Part shown: in pieces, positions 9,490 to 18,168 of the stretch
Position numbering within the stretch: position 1 is the stretch's first letter
How the letters are laid out: every line of letters begins with the position of its first letter
Source of the DNA: Candidatus Wolfebacteria bacterium
Lineage (GTDB): Bacteria > Patescibacteriota > Minisyncoccia > UBA6257 > UBA9933
DNA length: 36,343 bases
Direction of reading: 5' to 3'
Assembly (NCBI GenBank): GCA_016933365.1
Contig: JAFGBB010000032.1
Span: 1 to 36,343, forward strand
The notes under the pieces: generated by a model
Databases searched by the model: none
Told to the model about the DNA's origin: nothing
The model's input: only the letters and a program-made list of their open reading frames with translations
Made by a program: the position numbers and the translations under genes

Positions 9490-10050
9490 ATGAATATTGA
9501 AGTAGAAATAAAAATTGAGATAAATAATTTTGAGGATATTAAAACAAAAGTGGTTGCTATAGGAAAGTTGATAAAATCAATAAGACAAATTGATGATTAT
9601 TTTATCCCCAGCCACAGGGATTTTTTTGCTCAAAAACCATGTCCAACAGAATGGTTACGCATAAGAACTAATCCTGATAAAGTAATTTTTGAATATGATA
9701 AGGCTGTAAATATGACAACGAACGGTGATTACGACTATGCGGAGGAATATGAAACAGTAATTTTTGACGCAGATGAACTCAGAAAAATATTAAACTTTTT
9801 AGATTTTAAAAAAGTGGTGACAATTGATAAGCAAAGGGAATATTGGGACTGCGGATACGTAGAAGTCGCGCTAGATAAAATTAAAGGATTAGGTACTTTT
9901 ATTGAGGTAGAAGCAAAAGGAAATTTTAAGGACGCCACACAAGCCAAACATGCCTGCTTTAAATTTTTAAAAGAATTAGGAATTGAAAACGCCGAAAACA
10001 AGGAAATTAAAAAAGGCTACCCCGTTTTATTTTTAGAAAAAAATAATTAA
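9490..10050 (+). CDS. CYTH-domain protein (class IV adenylate cyclase / triphosphatase family)
   Basis: N-terminal MNIEVEIK (the ExExK CYTH signature), WLRIR, and VALDKIKGLGTFIEVEA near the C-terminus. I prefer the ATG at 9490 over the track start at 9418, whose 24-aa basic extension looks spurious. Confidence 0.7.
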   Translation: MNIEVEIKIEINNFEDIKTKVVAIGKLIKSIRQIDDYFIPSHRDFFAQKPCPTEWLRIRTNPDKVIFEYDKAVNMTTNGDYDYAEEYETVIFDADELRKILNFLDFKKVVTIDKQREYWDCGYVEVALDKIKGLGTFIEVEAKGNFKDATQAKHACFKFLKELGIENAENKEIKKGYPVLFLEKNN

Positions 10051-10062
10051 ACCGATATATTT

Positions 10063-10167
10063 ATGGCAACAATAAAGAAAAAAATCCGACCAGAGTATTT
10101 TGAACTTGTGTCTTCGGGCAAAAAGAAGTTTGAATTACGCTTGGCAGATTTTGATGTTCTGGATTAA
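10063..10167 (+). pseudogene. Truncated ASCH/DUF3850-like N-terminal fragment
   Basis: 34 codons MATIKKKIRPEYFELVSSGKKKFELRLADFDVLD then a stop. It resembles the start of ASCH-fold proteins (PEYFexvxsGkKtFElR). The downstream frames are broken. Confidence 0.3.
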
Positions 10168-10426
10168 ATTTGAATTTAAGATTAGACATCGTTTTTAATA
10201 ATTTACCGGGAATTTTTCTTTTAGCATATCTACGGCCGCGTCCATTTCGTAGGAGTGCCAATCGCTTAAAATAACGGTTCTAAATTCTCGTATAAGGGAT
10301 GAGCGTTGTTTAAAAATATCTTATTTATAAATATTTTGAGTATAATTTGAGTTTTTGTTTAAATATTAATAAAATTGTAATATTATCATTGTATAAAAAA
10401 TATTTTTATTTTTAATCTAAAATATT

Positions 10427-10798
10427 ATGAAAAAAATTAAGAAAAATAATAAAAATTTAACAATAAGAGAAATTCAAGATTGGGAAAAATCTTTTTTGGA
10501 AAAAAAGGGTGTTTTTGAAGACAAAGATAAAGAAAAAGCAATTAAAACTGCTATTTGTAAATTAGCAGAAGAAACAGGAGAAGTTGCTGAAGCGATATTA
10601 GAAGATAAATGGGATAAAATACAAGAAGAAGTTACCGATGTAATAGTTTTTGCTTGTAAGGTAGCTAACATAGCCGAAAAATTTTACGGTGCCGAGGATC
10701 TTTCTGACGCTATAAGAAAAAAGATAAAAATATGCGACGAAAGAGAATGGAACCCTGATAATAAAAAGCTTAATAAAACAAAAAATGAGAGAGCGTAG
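10427..10798 (+). CDS. MazG-like nucleoside triphosphate pyrophosphohydrolase
   Basis: 123 aa. The helical pair KLAEETGEVAEAILE ... QEEVTDVIVFACKVA matches the EExGE / EExxD metal-binding pattern of all-alpha NTP-PPases. Confidence 0.6.
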   Translation: MKKIKKNNKNLTIREIQDWEKSFLEKKGVFEDKDKEKAIKTAICKLAEETGEVAEAILEDKWDKIQEEVTDVIVFACKVANIAEKFYGAEDLSDAIRKKIKICDEREWNPDNKKLNKTKNERA

Positions 10799-10853
10799 TT
10801 TGTGTTTTAAAAATCGCGCCTTGTTTGTAAAGACATAAAAATAAAATAAAAAT

Positions 10854-11681
10854 ATGATTTTTGAAAATCAATCAAAAAATAAAAAGTTTTTACTTGTTAT
10901 TTTTTTTATTATTTTAATAATTGGTATTTTAACTTTTTTATATTCACCAATTATTTTTCAAGAAGGTAATCCTTGGCCGCAAATAAAAGGAATAGTTCAA
11001 TTGAATTTTACAAGTCAAGACATAGTAAAACTATCTATTGGAGAGAATAAGTATATAACTAAAAGCAAAAACGGTATTGAGATTGTTAAATCTTATATGA
11101 AAGATAGGGGATATGATTTTATTGAACAAATGGGGTCTGGTTATCTTTTTCAATCTATAACAGGAGAAAGCGCTATTGCTACGCATAGATATTACAGTAG
11201 ATTTTATTCGCTTTGGATAATAACAGAAAATACAAATAATATAGAAAGCGATAATAGTTTATGGGTGACAGCAATTGTTGACGATAATATAATTTTTCAA
11301 TACCCAAAAGAATTGCCAGTAAATTATATTAGTGAAGTAGAATGGCCGCCAAAGTTAAAAATAGAAGATAAATCGTTTGTTTGTAATCCGTCTGGCAATG
11401 AAATTCAACAAGGCGGAAAAACCGAATTGCGTTTGATAAATAACCAATCTTATTGCGTAACCAAAGAAAGTGAGGGAGCGGCTGGTAGCGTATATACTAC
11501 TTATACTTACGCTTTTTCAAAAGATAATAAAACAGGAATTATCGTTTTTACTTTGCGTTTTGTTCAGTGTCAAAATTATGACGAGCCAAAAGCGACTGAA
11601 TGCGAAAACGAACGTTCTGCTTTTGATATAGACATTATTGCGGATAAAATTATTCAAAGTATTAAAATTAAATCCGAATAA
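10854..11681 (+). CDS. Hypothetical membrane-anchored extracytoplasmic protein
   Basis: 275 aa with a single N-terminal TM segment (FLLVIFFIILIIGILTFLY). No recognisable catalytic motif. Confidence 0.5.
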   Translation: MIFENQSKNKKFLLVIFFIILIIGILTFLYSPIIFQEGNPWPQIKGIVQLNFTSQDIVKLSIGENKYITKSKNGIEIVKSYMKDRGYDFIEQMGSGYLFQSITGESAIATHRYYSRFYSLWIITENTNNIESDNSLWVTAIVDDNIIFQYPKELPVNYISEVEWPPKLKIEDKSFVCNPSGNEIQQGGKTELRLINNQSYCVTKESEGAAGSVYTTYTYAFSKDNKTGIIVFTLRFVQCQNYDEPKATECENERSAFDIDIIADKIIQSIKIKSE

Positions 11682-11812
11682 TTATTTATTGCTGAAAAAT
11701 TAAAAGATTGTTTGTAAAAAAAGTAGTGTTTTAATTTATGTTATTTTTGTATTTTTGATGTATAATAAATATATAAATAAAGGTCGTTAATTATTAAATT
11801 AATTATAAAAAT

Positions 11813-12484
11813 ATGAAAAACAAAATTTTGATAGCTGGTATTTTAACAATTGCTTTTGTTTTTGCGATTAATAATTATGCCGTAGGTCAAAATAATAATG
11901 CTGGAAATGACTATCAAGTTCAGCAACAGGCACAAACCGCTAATCAAGGTGAAGATTTTCAGATTCAGCTTCAACAACAACTTCAACAGCAACTTCAAAA
12001 CGCGACCGAAGAAGAAGTTCAGGCTCAAAATCAGAATCAAATACAGAATCAAGAAATGTTTCAAATTCCTGAACAACGAAGAAGTCAGGTGTCTAATGCC
12101 GTGCAAGAAATGTTGCAAGTGGCGGAAAGAAATGATGGAATTGGTCAACAAGTTAGAGTTATTGCTCAAGCGCAAAATCAGAATCAAGAAAAATTAGAAA
12201 ATAGCTTGCAGAAAGTTCAGAATAGAAGCGGTTTTGCTAAATTTTTAATAGGAGTAGATTATAACGAGATAAATAACGCTAAGAAGATATTGGAACAAAA
12301 TCGCCAGCAGGTTCAACAGTTAAATGAAATTAAAAACCAACTTATTAATCAAAGCGAACAACAGAATTTAGCGCAACAAGTTCAGATTCTTGAACAGGCG
12401 AATTTGGAAATTGAGAATTCTTTAAATGTTTCTCAAGACGGTTTTAGTTTGTTAGGTTGGATTTTTAAATTGATGGCTAAATAG
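11813..12484 (+). CDS. Secreted Gln/Asn-rich coiled-coil protein
   Basis: 223 aa. Signal/anchor ILIAGILTIAFVFAINNYA followed by low-complexity QQQLQQQLQ / QNQNQ runs. Confidence 0.5.
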   Translation: MKNKILIAGILTIAFVFAINNYAVGQNNNAGNDYQVQQQAQTANQGEDFQIQLQQQLQQQLQNATEEEVQAQNQNQIQNQEMFQIPEQRRSQVSNAVQEMLQVAERNDGIGQQVRVIAQAQNQNQEKLENSLQKVQNRSGFAKFLIGVDYNEINNAKKILEQNRQQVQQLNEIKNQLINQSEQQNLAQQVQILEQANLEIENSLNVSQDGFSLLGWIFKLMAK

Positions 12485-12569
12485 TTTAATTTATTTTTAT
12501 TATTAAAAATAAATATTATTTAATAAAATACTTGTGATAGTAGGTTTATTTTAATATTAATTAATAAAT

Positions 12570-12866
12570 ATGTTTGAAAAATATATTGAATATTTTAAAA
12601 ATAATCCTCGCGGTTATTGGTTTAAACGAAAGCTTTTTGGTTGGGGTTGGTTTCCCGTGAAATGGCAGGGTTGGCTTGTGGTATTTATTGGTCTTGTCTT
12701 TTTTTTCGCCGGTGTTTATGTCGGAGAAATTGATGACGCGCCCGGCGCGGCGTTTTTGGGATTTTTAATAATGATTGGACTTTTTCTTTTTTTTGGTTAT
12801 CGCAAAGGAGAAAAACCAAAATGGCAGTGGGGGTTGTCAAAAAAGAATAATTATAATAAAAAATAA
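12570..12866 (+). CDS. Small two-TM membrane protein
   Basis: 98 aa with two hydrophobic helices (WLVVFIGLVFFFAGVYV; FLGFLIMIGLFLFFG). Confidence 0.45.
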   Translation: MFEKYIEYFKNNPRGYWFKRKLFGWGWFPVKWQGWLVVFIGLVFFFAGVYVGEIDDAPGAAFLGFLIMIGLFLFFGYRKGEKPKWQWGLSKKNNYNKK

Positions 12867-12962
12867 ACCAAAATAGGAAAAACTTTAGCAAGATACAGTT
12901 TAATTAAATTAAATGGCTCAAGTTGTTGAGCCATTTAAAAAATAATTATTTAGATAAATAGA

Positions 12963-12990
12963 AATCGCCTTTTTTATGGGGCGGTTTTTT
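12963..12990 (+). terminator. Intrinsic terminator
   Basis: aaatcgcc-(10-nt loop)-ggcggtt stem followed by a T6 tract. A second hairpin with no U-tract (aaatggctcaa-gttg-ttgagccattt) lies at 12911-12936. Confidence 0.5.
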
Positions 12991-12998
12991 GATAAAAT

Positions 12999-14003
12999 GT
13001 GAATATGGATTTAACATTAATTCAAAAATTATTTGAAAAAGAACCGAAATATCGTTTTAAACAAATTAAAAAAGCGATTTTTCAAGATTTAATTCAAGAT
13101 TGGCAAGAGGCGGCGGCTTTGCCACTATCTTTAAGAAATAAATTAAATAAAGAATTTTCAATTAAAATATTTGCCAAAGCGTTTGTTTCTAAAGATAAAA
13201 AAACAATAAAAGCGATTATTGTTTTAAAAGATGGTTTTAAAATTGAAACTGTTTTAATGCGTCATAAAGATAAAAGAAATACTGTTTGTGTTTCTTCGCA
13301 AGTTGGTTGTCCGTTAAAATGTCTTTTTTGCGTTACGGGAAAAATGGGATTTAAAAGAAATCTTGATGCTTGGGAAATCATTGAACAGGTTTTGTTTTTT
13401 GCCCGTTATTTAAAAAAAGATAAAGAAAAAATTACCAATATTGTTTTTATGGGAATGGGAGAGCCTTTTTTAAATTATCAAAATGTAATTAAGGCAATAA
13501 AAATTTTAAACGATAAAGAAGGTTTTAGTTTGGGGGCAAGACATTTTTCAATTTCCACTGTTGGAATTATTGAAGGGATTGAAAATCTTATTAAAGAAAA
13601 ATTGCAAATTAATTTGGCTATTTCTCTTCACGCGCCCAATGACGAACTTCGTTTAAAATTAATGCCAATTAATGAAAAATATCCTCTTAAAAAAATTTTA
13701 AACGCGACTGAAAATTATGTTAAAAGAGTCGGGCGACGAGTAATGTTTGAGTATATAATGATAAAAGATTTAAATGATTTTGAAGAACACGCCAAACAAT
13801 TAGCAAAAATGATTAAAAAACCTCTTTATTTTGTTAATTTAATTCCTTGCAACCCAAATGGAATTTTTAAACCTTCATCTTCTTTAAAAATTAAAAAATT
13901 TAAAGAAATTTTGGAAAAACAAGGAATAAATGTTACTCAAAGATATAATTTTGGCAAAGATATTCAAGGCGCTTGCGGTCAATTAGTTGTTAAAGAATCT
14001 TAG
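12999..14003 (+). CDS. rlmN: 23S rRNA/tRNA adenine-C2 methyltransferase RlmN (radical SAM)
   Basis: CVSSQVGCPLKCLFCVTG radical-SAM CxxxCxxC, NIVFMGMGEPFLNY, ISTVG and LAISLHAPNDELR are all RlmN/Cfr hallmarks. The start is either GTG 12999 or ATG 13005. Confidence 0.88.
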   Translation: MNMDLTLIQKLFEKEPKYRFKQIKKAIFQDLIQDWQEAAALPLSLRNKLNKEFSIKIFAKAFVSKDKKTIKAIIVLKDGFKIETVLMRHKDKRNTVCVSSQVGCPLKCLFCVTGKMGFKRNLDAWEIIEQVLFFARYLKKDKEKITNIVFMGMGEPFLNYQNVIKAIKILNDKEGFSLGARHFSISTVGIIEGIENLIKEKLQINLAISLHAPNDELRLKLMPINEKYPLKKILNATENYVKRVGRRVMFEYIMIKDLNDFEEHAKQLAKMIKKPLYFVNLIPCNPNGIFKPSSSLKIKKFKEILEKQGINVTQRYNFGKDIQGACGQLVVKES

Positions 14004-14076
14004 TTTTATTTATATATTATGGTAAAAAAGGAGTATTTTTAGTATAATTAAAAAGTTGAAAATCAATATTTAAAAA

Positions 14077-15348
14077 ATGATTAAAAAAAATTTATTAATT
14101 ATTTTAATAATTATTTTATTTTTGGCTACGGCCGTTGCCGTGGGATTATTTATTTTTCCTTATCAGCCGGATAAACCGCCCCATGCGGAAGATGTTGGTT
14201 CAACTGTTCAAGGTATATCAGAGGTGGTTGACGCGAATAATAAATTCGCTTTTGATTTATATTCCGAGTTAAACAATTCCGAAAAAGGAAACATTTTTTA
14301 TTCTCCTTATAGTATTTTTTCCGCATTAGCAATGACTTATGAAGGAGCTAAAAATCAAACAGCCAGTGAAATGAAATCTGTTTTTCATTTTCCGGAAAAT
14401 GAAATTTTGCGTCCAAATTTTGCCAAAATTTATAATGATATAAATGAAAACGCTAATGATTACGATTTAAAAATCGGAAACGCTTTGTGGGCTCAACAAA
14501 ATTTTTATTTTCTTGAAGATTATATGGATAGAGTTGAAAAATATTACGGTGGAAAAGCGGTGAATGTGGATTTTGCAAACAAAACAGAAGAAACAAGGCA
14601 AACCATTAATAGTTTTATTGAAGAACAAACAAAAAATAAAATTAAAAATTTAATTCCCAAGGGAGCCCTTGATTTAACAACCAGACTTGTTTTAACTAAC
14701 GCGGTTTATTTTAAAGGGGATTGGGAATGGCAATTTGACATAAAAGAAACCTTTGAAAGCGATTTTAAGATAACTCCTGATAATATTATTAAAACCGAGA
14801 TGATGAATATGAAGCCCGGTATTGATGAAGCAAAATTTAATTATCTTGATAATGGAGATTTACAAGTTTTAGAATTGCCGTATAAAGGGGATAAAATTTC
14901 AATGTTAATATTATTGCCAACTGAAAATCTTGATGTTGTAGAATCTAATCTTACTTTTGAAAAAATAAATGAATATAAGTCTCAAATGAAAGAAACAAAA
15001 TTAGATTTAATTTCTCTTCCTAAATTTGAATTTGAAACTAAATATTTTATGAAAGAGACTTTAAGTAATTTAGGAATGTCTTCAGCTTTTTCTTTTCAAG
15101 ACGCTGATTTTTCCGGAATGACCGGAAAGAAAGATTTATTTATAGGATTTGTTATTCATCAGGCATATATAAAAGTTGACGAAAAAGGAACAGAAGCGGC
15201 GGCGGCAACCGCGGTAGGAATGAATCTTACGTCTATGCCTAATTTTAGAACTGTTTTTAAAGCTGACCATCCGTTTCTTTTTATGATTCAAGAAAAACAA
15301 ACGGGAAATATTCTATTTTTGGGCAAAGTGGTTAATCCGAACGAATAA
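14077..15348 (+). CDS. Serpin-family protease inhibitor with N-terminal membrane anchor
   Basis: 423 aa. NAVYFKGDWEWQF, the inhibitory-type hinge EKGTEAAAATAVGM, and the C-terminal FKADHPFLFMIQE...GNILFLGKVVNP serpin signature. N-terminal TM LLIILIIILFLATAVAVGLFIF. Confidence 0.85.
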   Translation: MIKKNLLIILIIILFLATAVAVGLFIFPYQPDKPPHAEDVGSTVQGISEVVDANNKFAFDLYSELNNSEKGNIFYSPYSIFSALAMTYEGAKNQTASEMKSVFHFPENEILRPNFAKIYNDINENANDYDLKIGNALWAQQNFYFLEDYMDRVEKYYGGKAVNVDFANKTEETRQTINSFIEEQTKNKIKNLIPKGALDLTTRLVLTNAVYFKGDWEWQFDIKETFESDFKITPDNIIKTEMMNMKPGIDEAKFNYLDNGDLQVLELPYKGDKISMLILLPTENLDVVESNLTFEKINEYKSQMKETKLDLISLPKFEFETKYFMKETLSNLGMSSAFSFQDADFSGMTGKKDLFIGFVIHQAYIKVDEKGTEAAAATAVGMNLTSMPNFRTVFKADHPFLFMIQEKQTGNILFLGKVVNPNE

Positions 15349-15374
15349 TTTTAATTTTTTAAGATTATTTACTC

Positions 15375-15404
15375 TTGACAAAATACCCTATGGGGGTATA
15401 TGCT
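15375..15404 (+). promoter_or_regulatory. Sigma70-type promoter overlapped by a CsoR/CstR-type operator
   Basis: TTGACA at 15375-15380. The palindrome ATACCC-tatgg-GGGTAT (15383-15399) fills the spacer. A -10-like TATATG/TATGCT lies around 15397-15404. The site resembles the known GC-tract CsoR-family operators (ATACCCnnnGGGGTAT type). Confidence 0.6.
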
Positions 15405-15427
15405 TTTATTATTAAATAATTAATAAT

Positions 15428-15676
15428 ATGAGAAAAAATACAATAACTCAAAGATTAAATATTGTTAAAGGACAAATAGACGGTTTAATTAATCTTATAG
15501 AAAAACAAGAAGATTGTCGCAAGGTAACGGAACAATTTTACGCGATAAACGCTGGTTTAAAAAAAGCGATTGAAAAATACTTTAAAGATAATTTATCTTC
15601 TTGTTTAAAATCTATTAATCTTAAAAAAAGAAAAACGGTCGAATTTTTTTTAAAAGAATTAGTTGAAAATAAATAA
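15428..15676 (+). CDS. CsoR/RcnR/FrmR-family metal- or persulfide-sensing repressor (C-N-C type, CstR-like)
   Basis: 82 aa, RLNIVKGQIDGL...EDCRKV...SSCLKS. Cys30 and Cys59 have the CsoR spacing, but the position of the Cu-ligand His (4 residues before Cys59) is Asn55. Confidence 0.8.
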   Translation: MRKNTITQRLNIVKGQIDGLINLIEKQEDCRKVTEQFYAINAGLKKAIEKYFKDNLSSCLKSINLKKRKTVEFFLKELVENK

Positions 15677-15681
15677 TATTT

Positions 15682-16008
15682 ATGTCTAATTTAATTTTAA
15701 CTGATGAAAATTTTTCAGAAAAAGTTTTAAAAAGCCAAAAGCCGATTTTGGTTGATTTTTGGGCGGAGTGGTGTATGCCCTGCCAAATGATAGCCCCAAT
15801 TCTTCAAGAAATCGCCGAAAAATTCAATGAAAAAATAATAATTGGCAAACTTGATGTTGATAAAAATCCTTCAATCTCCAATATGTTTTCAATAGATGCT
15901 ATTCCGGCTTTGTTTTTATTTAAAGACGGAAAAATAATACAAAAGTTTATAGGCGTTCAACCTAAACAAGTTATTGAGAAAGCTATTGAGGTCGCAATTG
16001 AAGATTAA
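15682..16008 (+). CDS. trxA: Thioredoxin
   Basis: 108 aa. VDFWAEWCMPCQMIAP active site (WCxPC) and a cis-Pro region IPALFLFKDG. Confidence 0.88.
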   Translation: MSNLILTDENFSEKVLKSQKPILVDFWAEWCMPCQMIAPILQEIAEKFNEKIIIGKLDVDKNPSISNMFSIDAIPALFLFKDGKIIQKFIGVQPKQVIEKAIEVAIED

Positions 16009-16017
16009 ATTAACTCT

Positions 16018-16821
16018 ATGAATAAAGAAATTACTAAAATTACAATTTTGCCGGGAATAAATAAGCTTGGAGAAAAGGAAAATTTTAAAAAAATTGACAT
16101 AAAAAAAGGAGAAGTTGTTGCTATTGTAGGTCATACAGGCGCTGGTAAAAGTCAGCTTCTTTATGATATTGAAAGACTTGCTCAAAAAGACACTAAAAGC
16201 AAAAGAAAAATCTTGGTAAATGATGAAATTCCTGATAAAGAATTAAGATTTAATCCTAAAAGAAAATTAATCGCTTCTTTGGCGCAAAGTATGAATTTTT
16301 TTACGGATATGGCTGTTGGAGATTTTCTTAAATTGCATTTAGAATCTCGTGGAAAAAAATCAAAAAAAGGATTAATTGAAGAAGTGATTAAAGAAGCGAA
16401 TAAAATCACCGGCGAAGCAATTTCTTCTAAAATGAATTTACTTAATTTATCCGGAGGGCAAAGCAGAGCTTTAATGGTTTCCGATGTGGCTAATATCAGT
16501 GTTTCTCCTATTGTTTTAATTGACGAAATAGAAAACGCGGGAATTAAAAAAGAAGAAGCGATTAAAATTTTAGTGGAAGAAGGAAAAATTATTTTAATTG
16601 TTACTCACGACCCTTCTTTAGCGTTAAATACCGATAAAAGAATTATTATTAAAAATGGAGGTATTGTTGATGTTTTAAATACTTCTTTAAAAGAAAAAGG
16701 TATCGCGCATTATCTTAATTGGATAGAAAGCTTTGGTTTGGATATAAGAGAAAAAATAAGAAAGGGCAAAAAGATTGAAAATGTTGAAATATATTGCGAA
16801 CCAATTAAATCTAAAAAATAA
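16018..16821 (+). CDS. Soluble ABC-type ATPase with no adjacent permease
   Basis: Walker A GHTGAGKS, signature LSGGQ, Walker B VLIDEIE, H-loop VTHD. No TM partner gene is adjacent. Confidence 0.7.
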   Translation: MNKEITKITILPGINKLGEKENFKKIDIKKGEVVAIVGHTGAGKSQLLYDIERLAQKDTKSKRKILVNDEIPDKELRFNPKRKLIASLAQSMNFFTDMAVGDFLKLHLESRGKKSKKGLIEEVIKEANKITGEAISSKMNLLNLSGGQSRALMVSDVANISVSPIVLIDEIENAGIKKEEAIKILVEEGKIILIVTHDPSLALNTDKRIIIKNGGIVDVLNTSLKEKGIAHYLNWIESFGLDIREKIRKGKKIENVEIYCEPIKSKK

Positions 16822-16825
16822 AAAT

Positions 16826-17620
16826 ATGAAATTTATAATTTTTGCGGGAACTCCCGGTTCAGGTAAAACAAGCATAATTAAAAGTATAATTCAAGAATTG
16901 AAAAATGATTTCAAATTATTTTTTGCAAAGTTTGATTGTTTGCAAACATTAGACGATGAAAAAATTGCTAAAGAATATAAAATTCCAGCCGTAAAAAAGC
17001 TTGCCGGAGAACTTTGTCCTGACCATTATACCGCTTTGGAAATACCAAAAATAATTAAAGAAAATAAAGATAAAGATATTATTATTTTAGAAACCGCGGG
17101 TTTGTGTCTTCGTTGTTCTCCTTATGTTGAAGAAGGATTAGGAATTAATGTTTTAGATATTACTTCAGGAGACCCTTCTCGTTACGGACCAATTTTAACA
17201 GAAGCGGATGTGGTAGCTATTAGCAAGGGAGATTTAATTTCTCAAGCGGAAAGAGAAATTTTTAGAGCAAAGGTTTTAAAGGTTAATCCTAAAGCAAAAA
17301 TAACAGAAGTAAACGGTCTTACGGGAGAAGGAGCTTTTGATATAGCGGAATTTATAAAAGAATCTTTAGCTGTAAAAAGTGAAAAATTAACATTAAAACA
17401 TTCTATGCCTTCGGCAATTTGCGGATATTGTTATGGAAATAGAATAATTGATGAAACAGAATCGCGAAAGAGATTTTTAGCTGGAAAAGAATTAAAAAGT
17501 TTGGTTCCTAATTTAAATTGTGGAAAATGCGGTTATAAATCTTGCAATGAATTTATAAGAGCAGTTTTAGATGGGAAGGCCCAAAAAGAAAAATGTCCTT
17601 TTATTAAAAAAGAAATTTAA
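16826..17620 (+). CDS. G3E-like P-loop NTPase (HypB/UreG/CobW-like) fused to a C-terminal RnfB-type 4Fe-4S domain
   Basis: MKFIIFAGTPGSGKTS Walker A, ILETAGLCLRCSPY (switch plus CxxC), AISKGD (NKxD-like). C-terminal CGKCGYKSCNEF...EKCPF shows a Cx2Cx4Cx16C pattern. I prefer ATG 16826, 4 nt after the upstream stop, over the track start at 16775. Confidence 0.55.
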   Translation: MKFIIFAGTPGSGKTSIIKSIIQELKNDFKLFFAKFDCLQTLDDEKIAKEYKIPAVKKLAGELCPDHYTALEIPKIIKENKDKDIIILETAGLCLRCSPYVEEGLGINVLDITSGDPSRYGPILTEADVVAISKGDLISQAEREIFRAKVLKVNPKAKITEVNGLTGEGAFDIAEFIKESLAVKSEKLTLKHSMPSAICGYCYGNRIIDETESRKRFLAGKELKSLVPNLNCGKCGYKSCNEFIRAVLDGKAQKEKCPFIKKEI

Positions 17621-17644
17621 ATTAATTTTTAAGATACATTTTTA

Positions 17645-17920
17645 ATGTTAAAAAAAGAAAAAGAGTTTAAGAGATTATTTAAAGAATCCGAAGATTTTGC
17701 GAAAAAAAACGGATTTCGTTTAAATCCCGATAAAAAAGCGGTCAATTATTTAATTGAAGCGTTGTTTGAAAAAGAAAATAAATACGGTAAAAAATATTGT
17801 CCTTGTCGTCGTCTTAAAGAAAATCAAAAAGAAAATAATAAAATTGTTTGTCCGTGCGTTTATTGTAAAGAAGAAATAAAAAAAGACGGACATTGTCATT
17901 GTTTTTTATTTGTAAAATAA
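17645..17920 (+). CDS. Ferredoxin:thioredoxin reductase catalytic-subunit-like protein (single subunit)
   Basis: 91 aa with CPCRR...CPCVYC...GHCHCFLF, the CPC/CPC/CHC cysteine pattern of FTR catalytic chains. Confidence 0.68.
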   Translation: MLKKEKEFKRLFKESEDFAKKNGFRLNPDKKAVNYLIEALFEKENKYGKKYCPCRRLKENQKENNKIVCPCVYCKEEIKKDGHCHCFLFVK

Positions 17921-17929
17921 TTTAATAAT

Positions 17930-18109
17930 ATGAGTAAATTTAAAATTGATAAATCAAAATGCGTTGGATGTGGAGCTTGTGTTAACACTTGTCTTTATGA
18001 AGCGATTGAAATTGGAAAAGATGATAAAGCAATTATAAATAAAGAAAAATGTAAAAATTGCGGTAAATGTAAAAAAATTTGTCCTTTTAACGCAATATTA
18101 GAAAAATAA
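17930..18109 (+). CDS. 2x[4Fe-4S] ferredoxin (59 aa, absent from the ORF track)
   Basis: MSKFKIDKSKCVGCGACVNTC...KEKCKNCGKCKKICP contains two CxxCxxCxxxC(P) motifs. Paralog of the ORF at 21893-22087. Confidence 0.75.
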   Translation: MSKFKIDKSKCVGCGACVNTCLYEAIEIGKDDKAIINKEKCKNCGKCKKICPFNAILEK

Positions 18110-18168
18110 TTTTTAGTTTTTTTAATGGTTTTATTTACGAATTTATTTGTAGTTTTTTTATATAATTT

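Noticed and set aside
9067-9493. Plus-strand track ORFs 9067-9369 and 9308-9493 across the GC-rich scar.
   Set aside because: They run through two terminator-like hairpins and start at TTG or a weak ATG with no SD. Their sequence looks arbitrary (Cys/Arg/Trp-rich). I treat the region as non-coding or decayed.
10061-10261. 66-aa minus-strand ORF between the CYTH and MazG genes.
   Set aside because: It overlaps the plus-strand ASCH-like fragment. A different minus frame (..SDWHSYEMDAAVDMLKEKFPVNY) looks more protein-like but has no start codon. Together these indicate broken gene remnants rather than a live gene.
11843-12197. ORFs 11843-12187 (-) and 11898-12197 (+) overlapping the Gln-rich gene. 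I also asked whether the CAA/CAG-rich DNA is a tandem repeat or CRISPR-like array.
   Set aside because: The periodicity is codon-level low complexity (QQQLQQ, QNQNQ) with no repeat-spacer structure. The overlapping frames are by-products of that composition.
16775-16825. N-terminal extensions proposed by the track for several ORFs (16775, 28211, 9418, 31197, 31522).
   Set aside because: In each case an internal ATG gives the family-typical N-terminus (P-loop start, TM signal anchor, ExExK, YefM fold, RelE start). The extension overlaps an upstream gene, a gene fragment or a promoter element. For example, 31197 is the -35 TTGACA itself.
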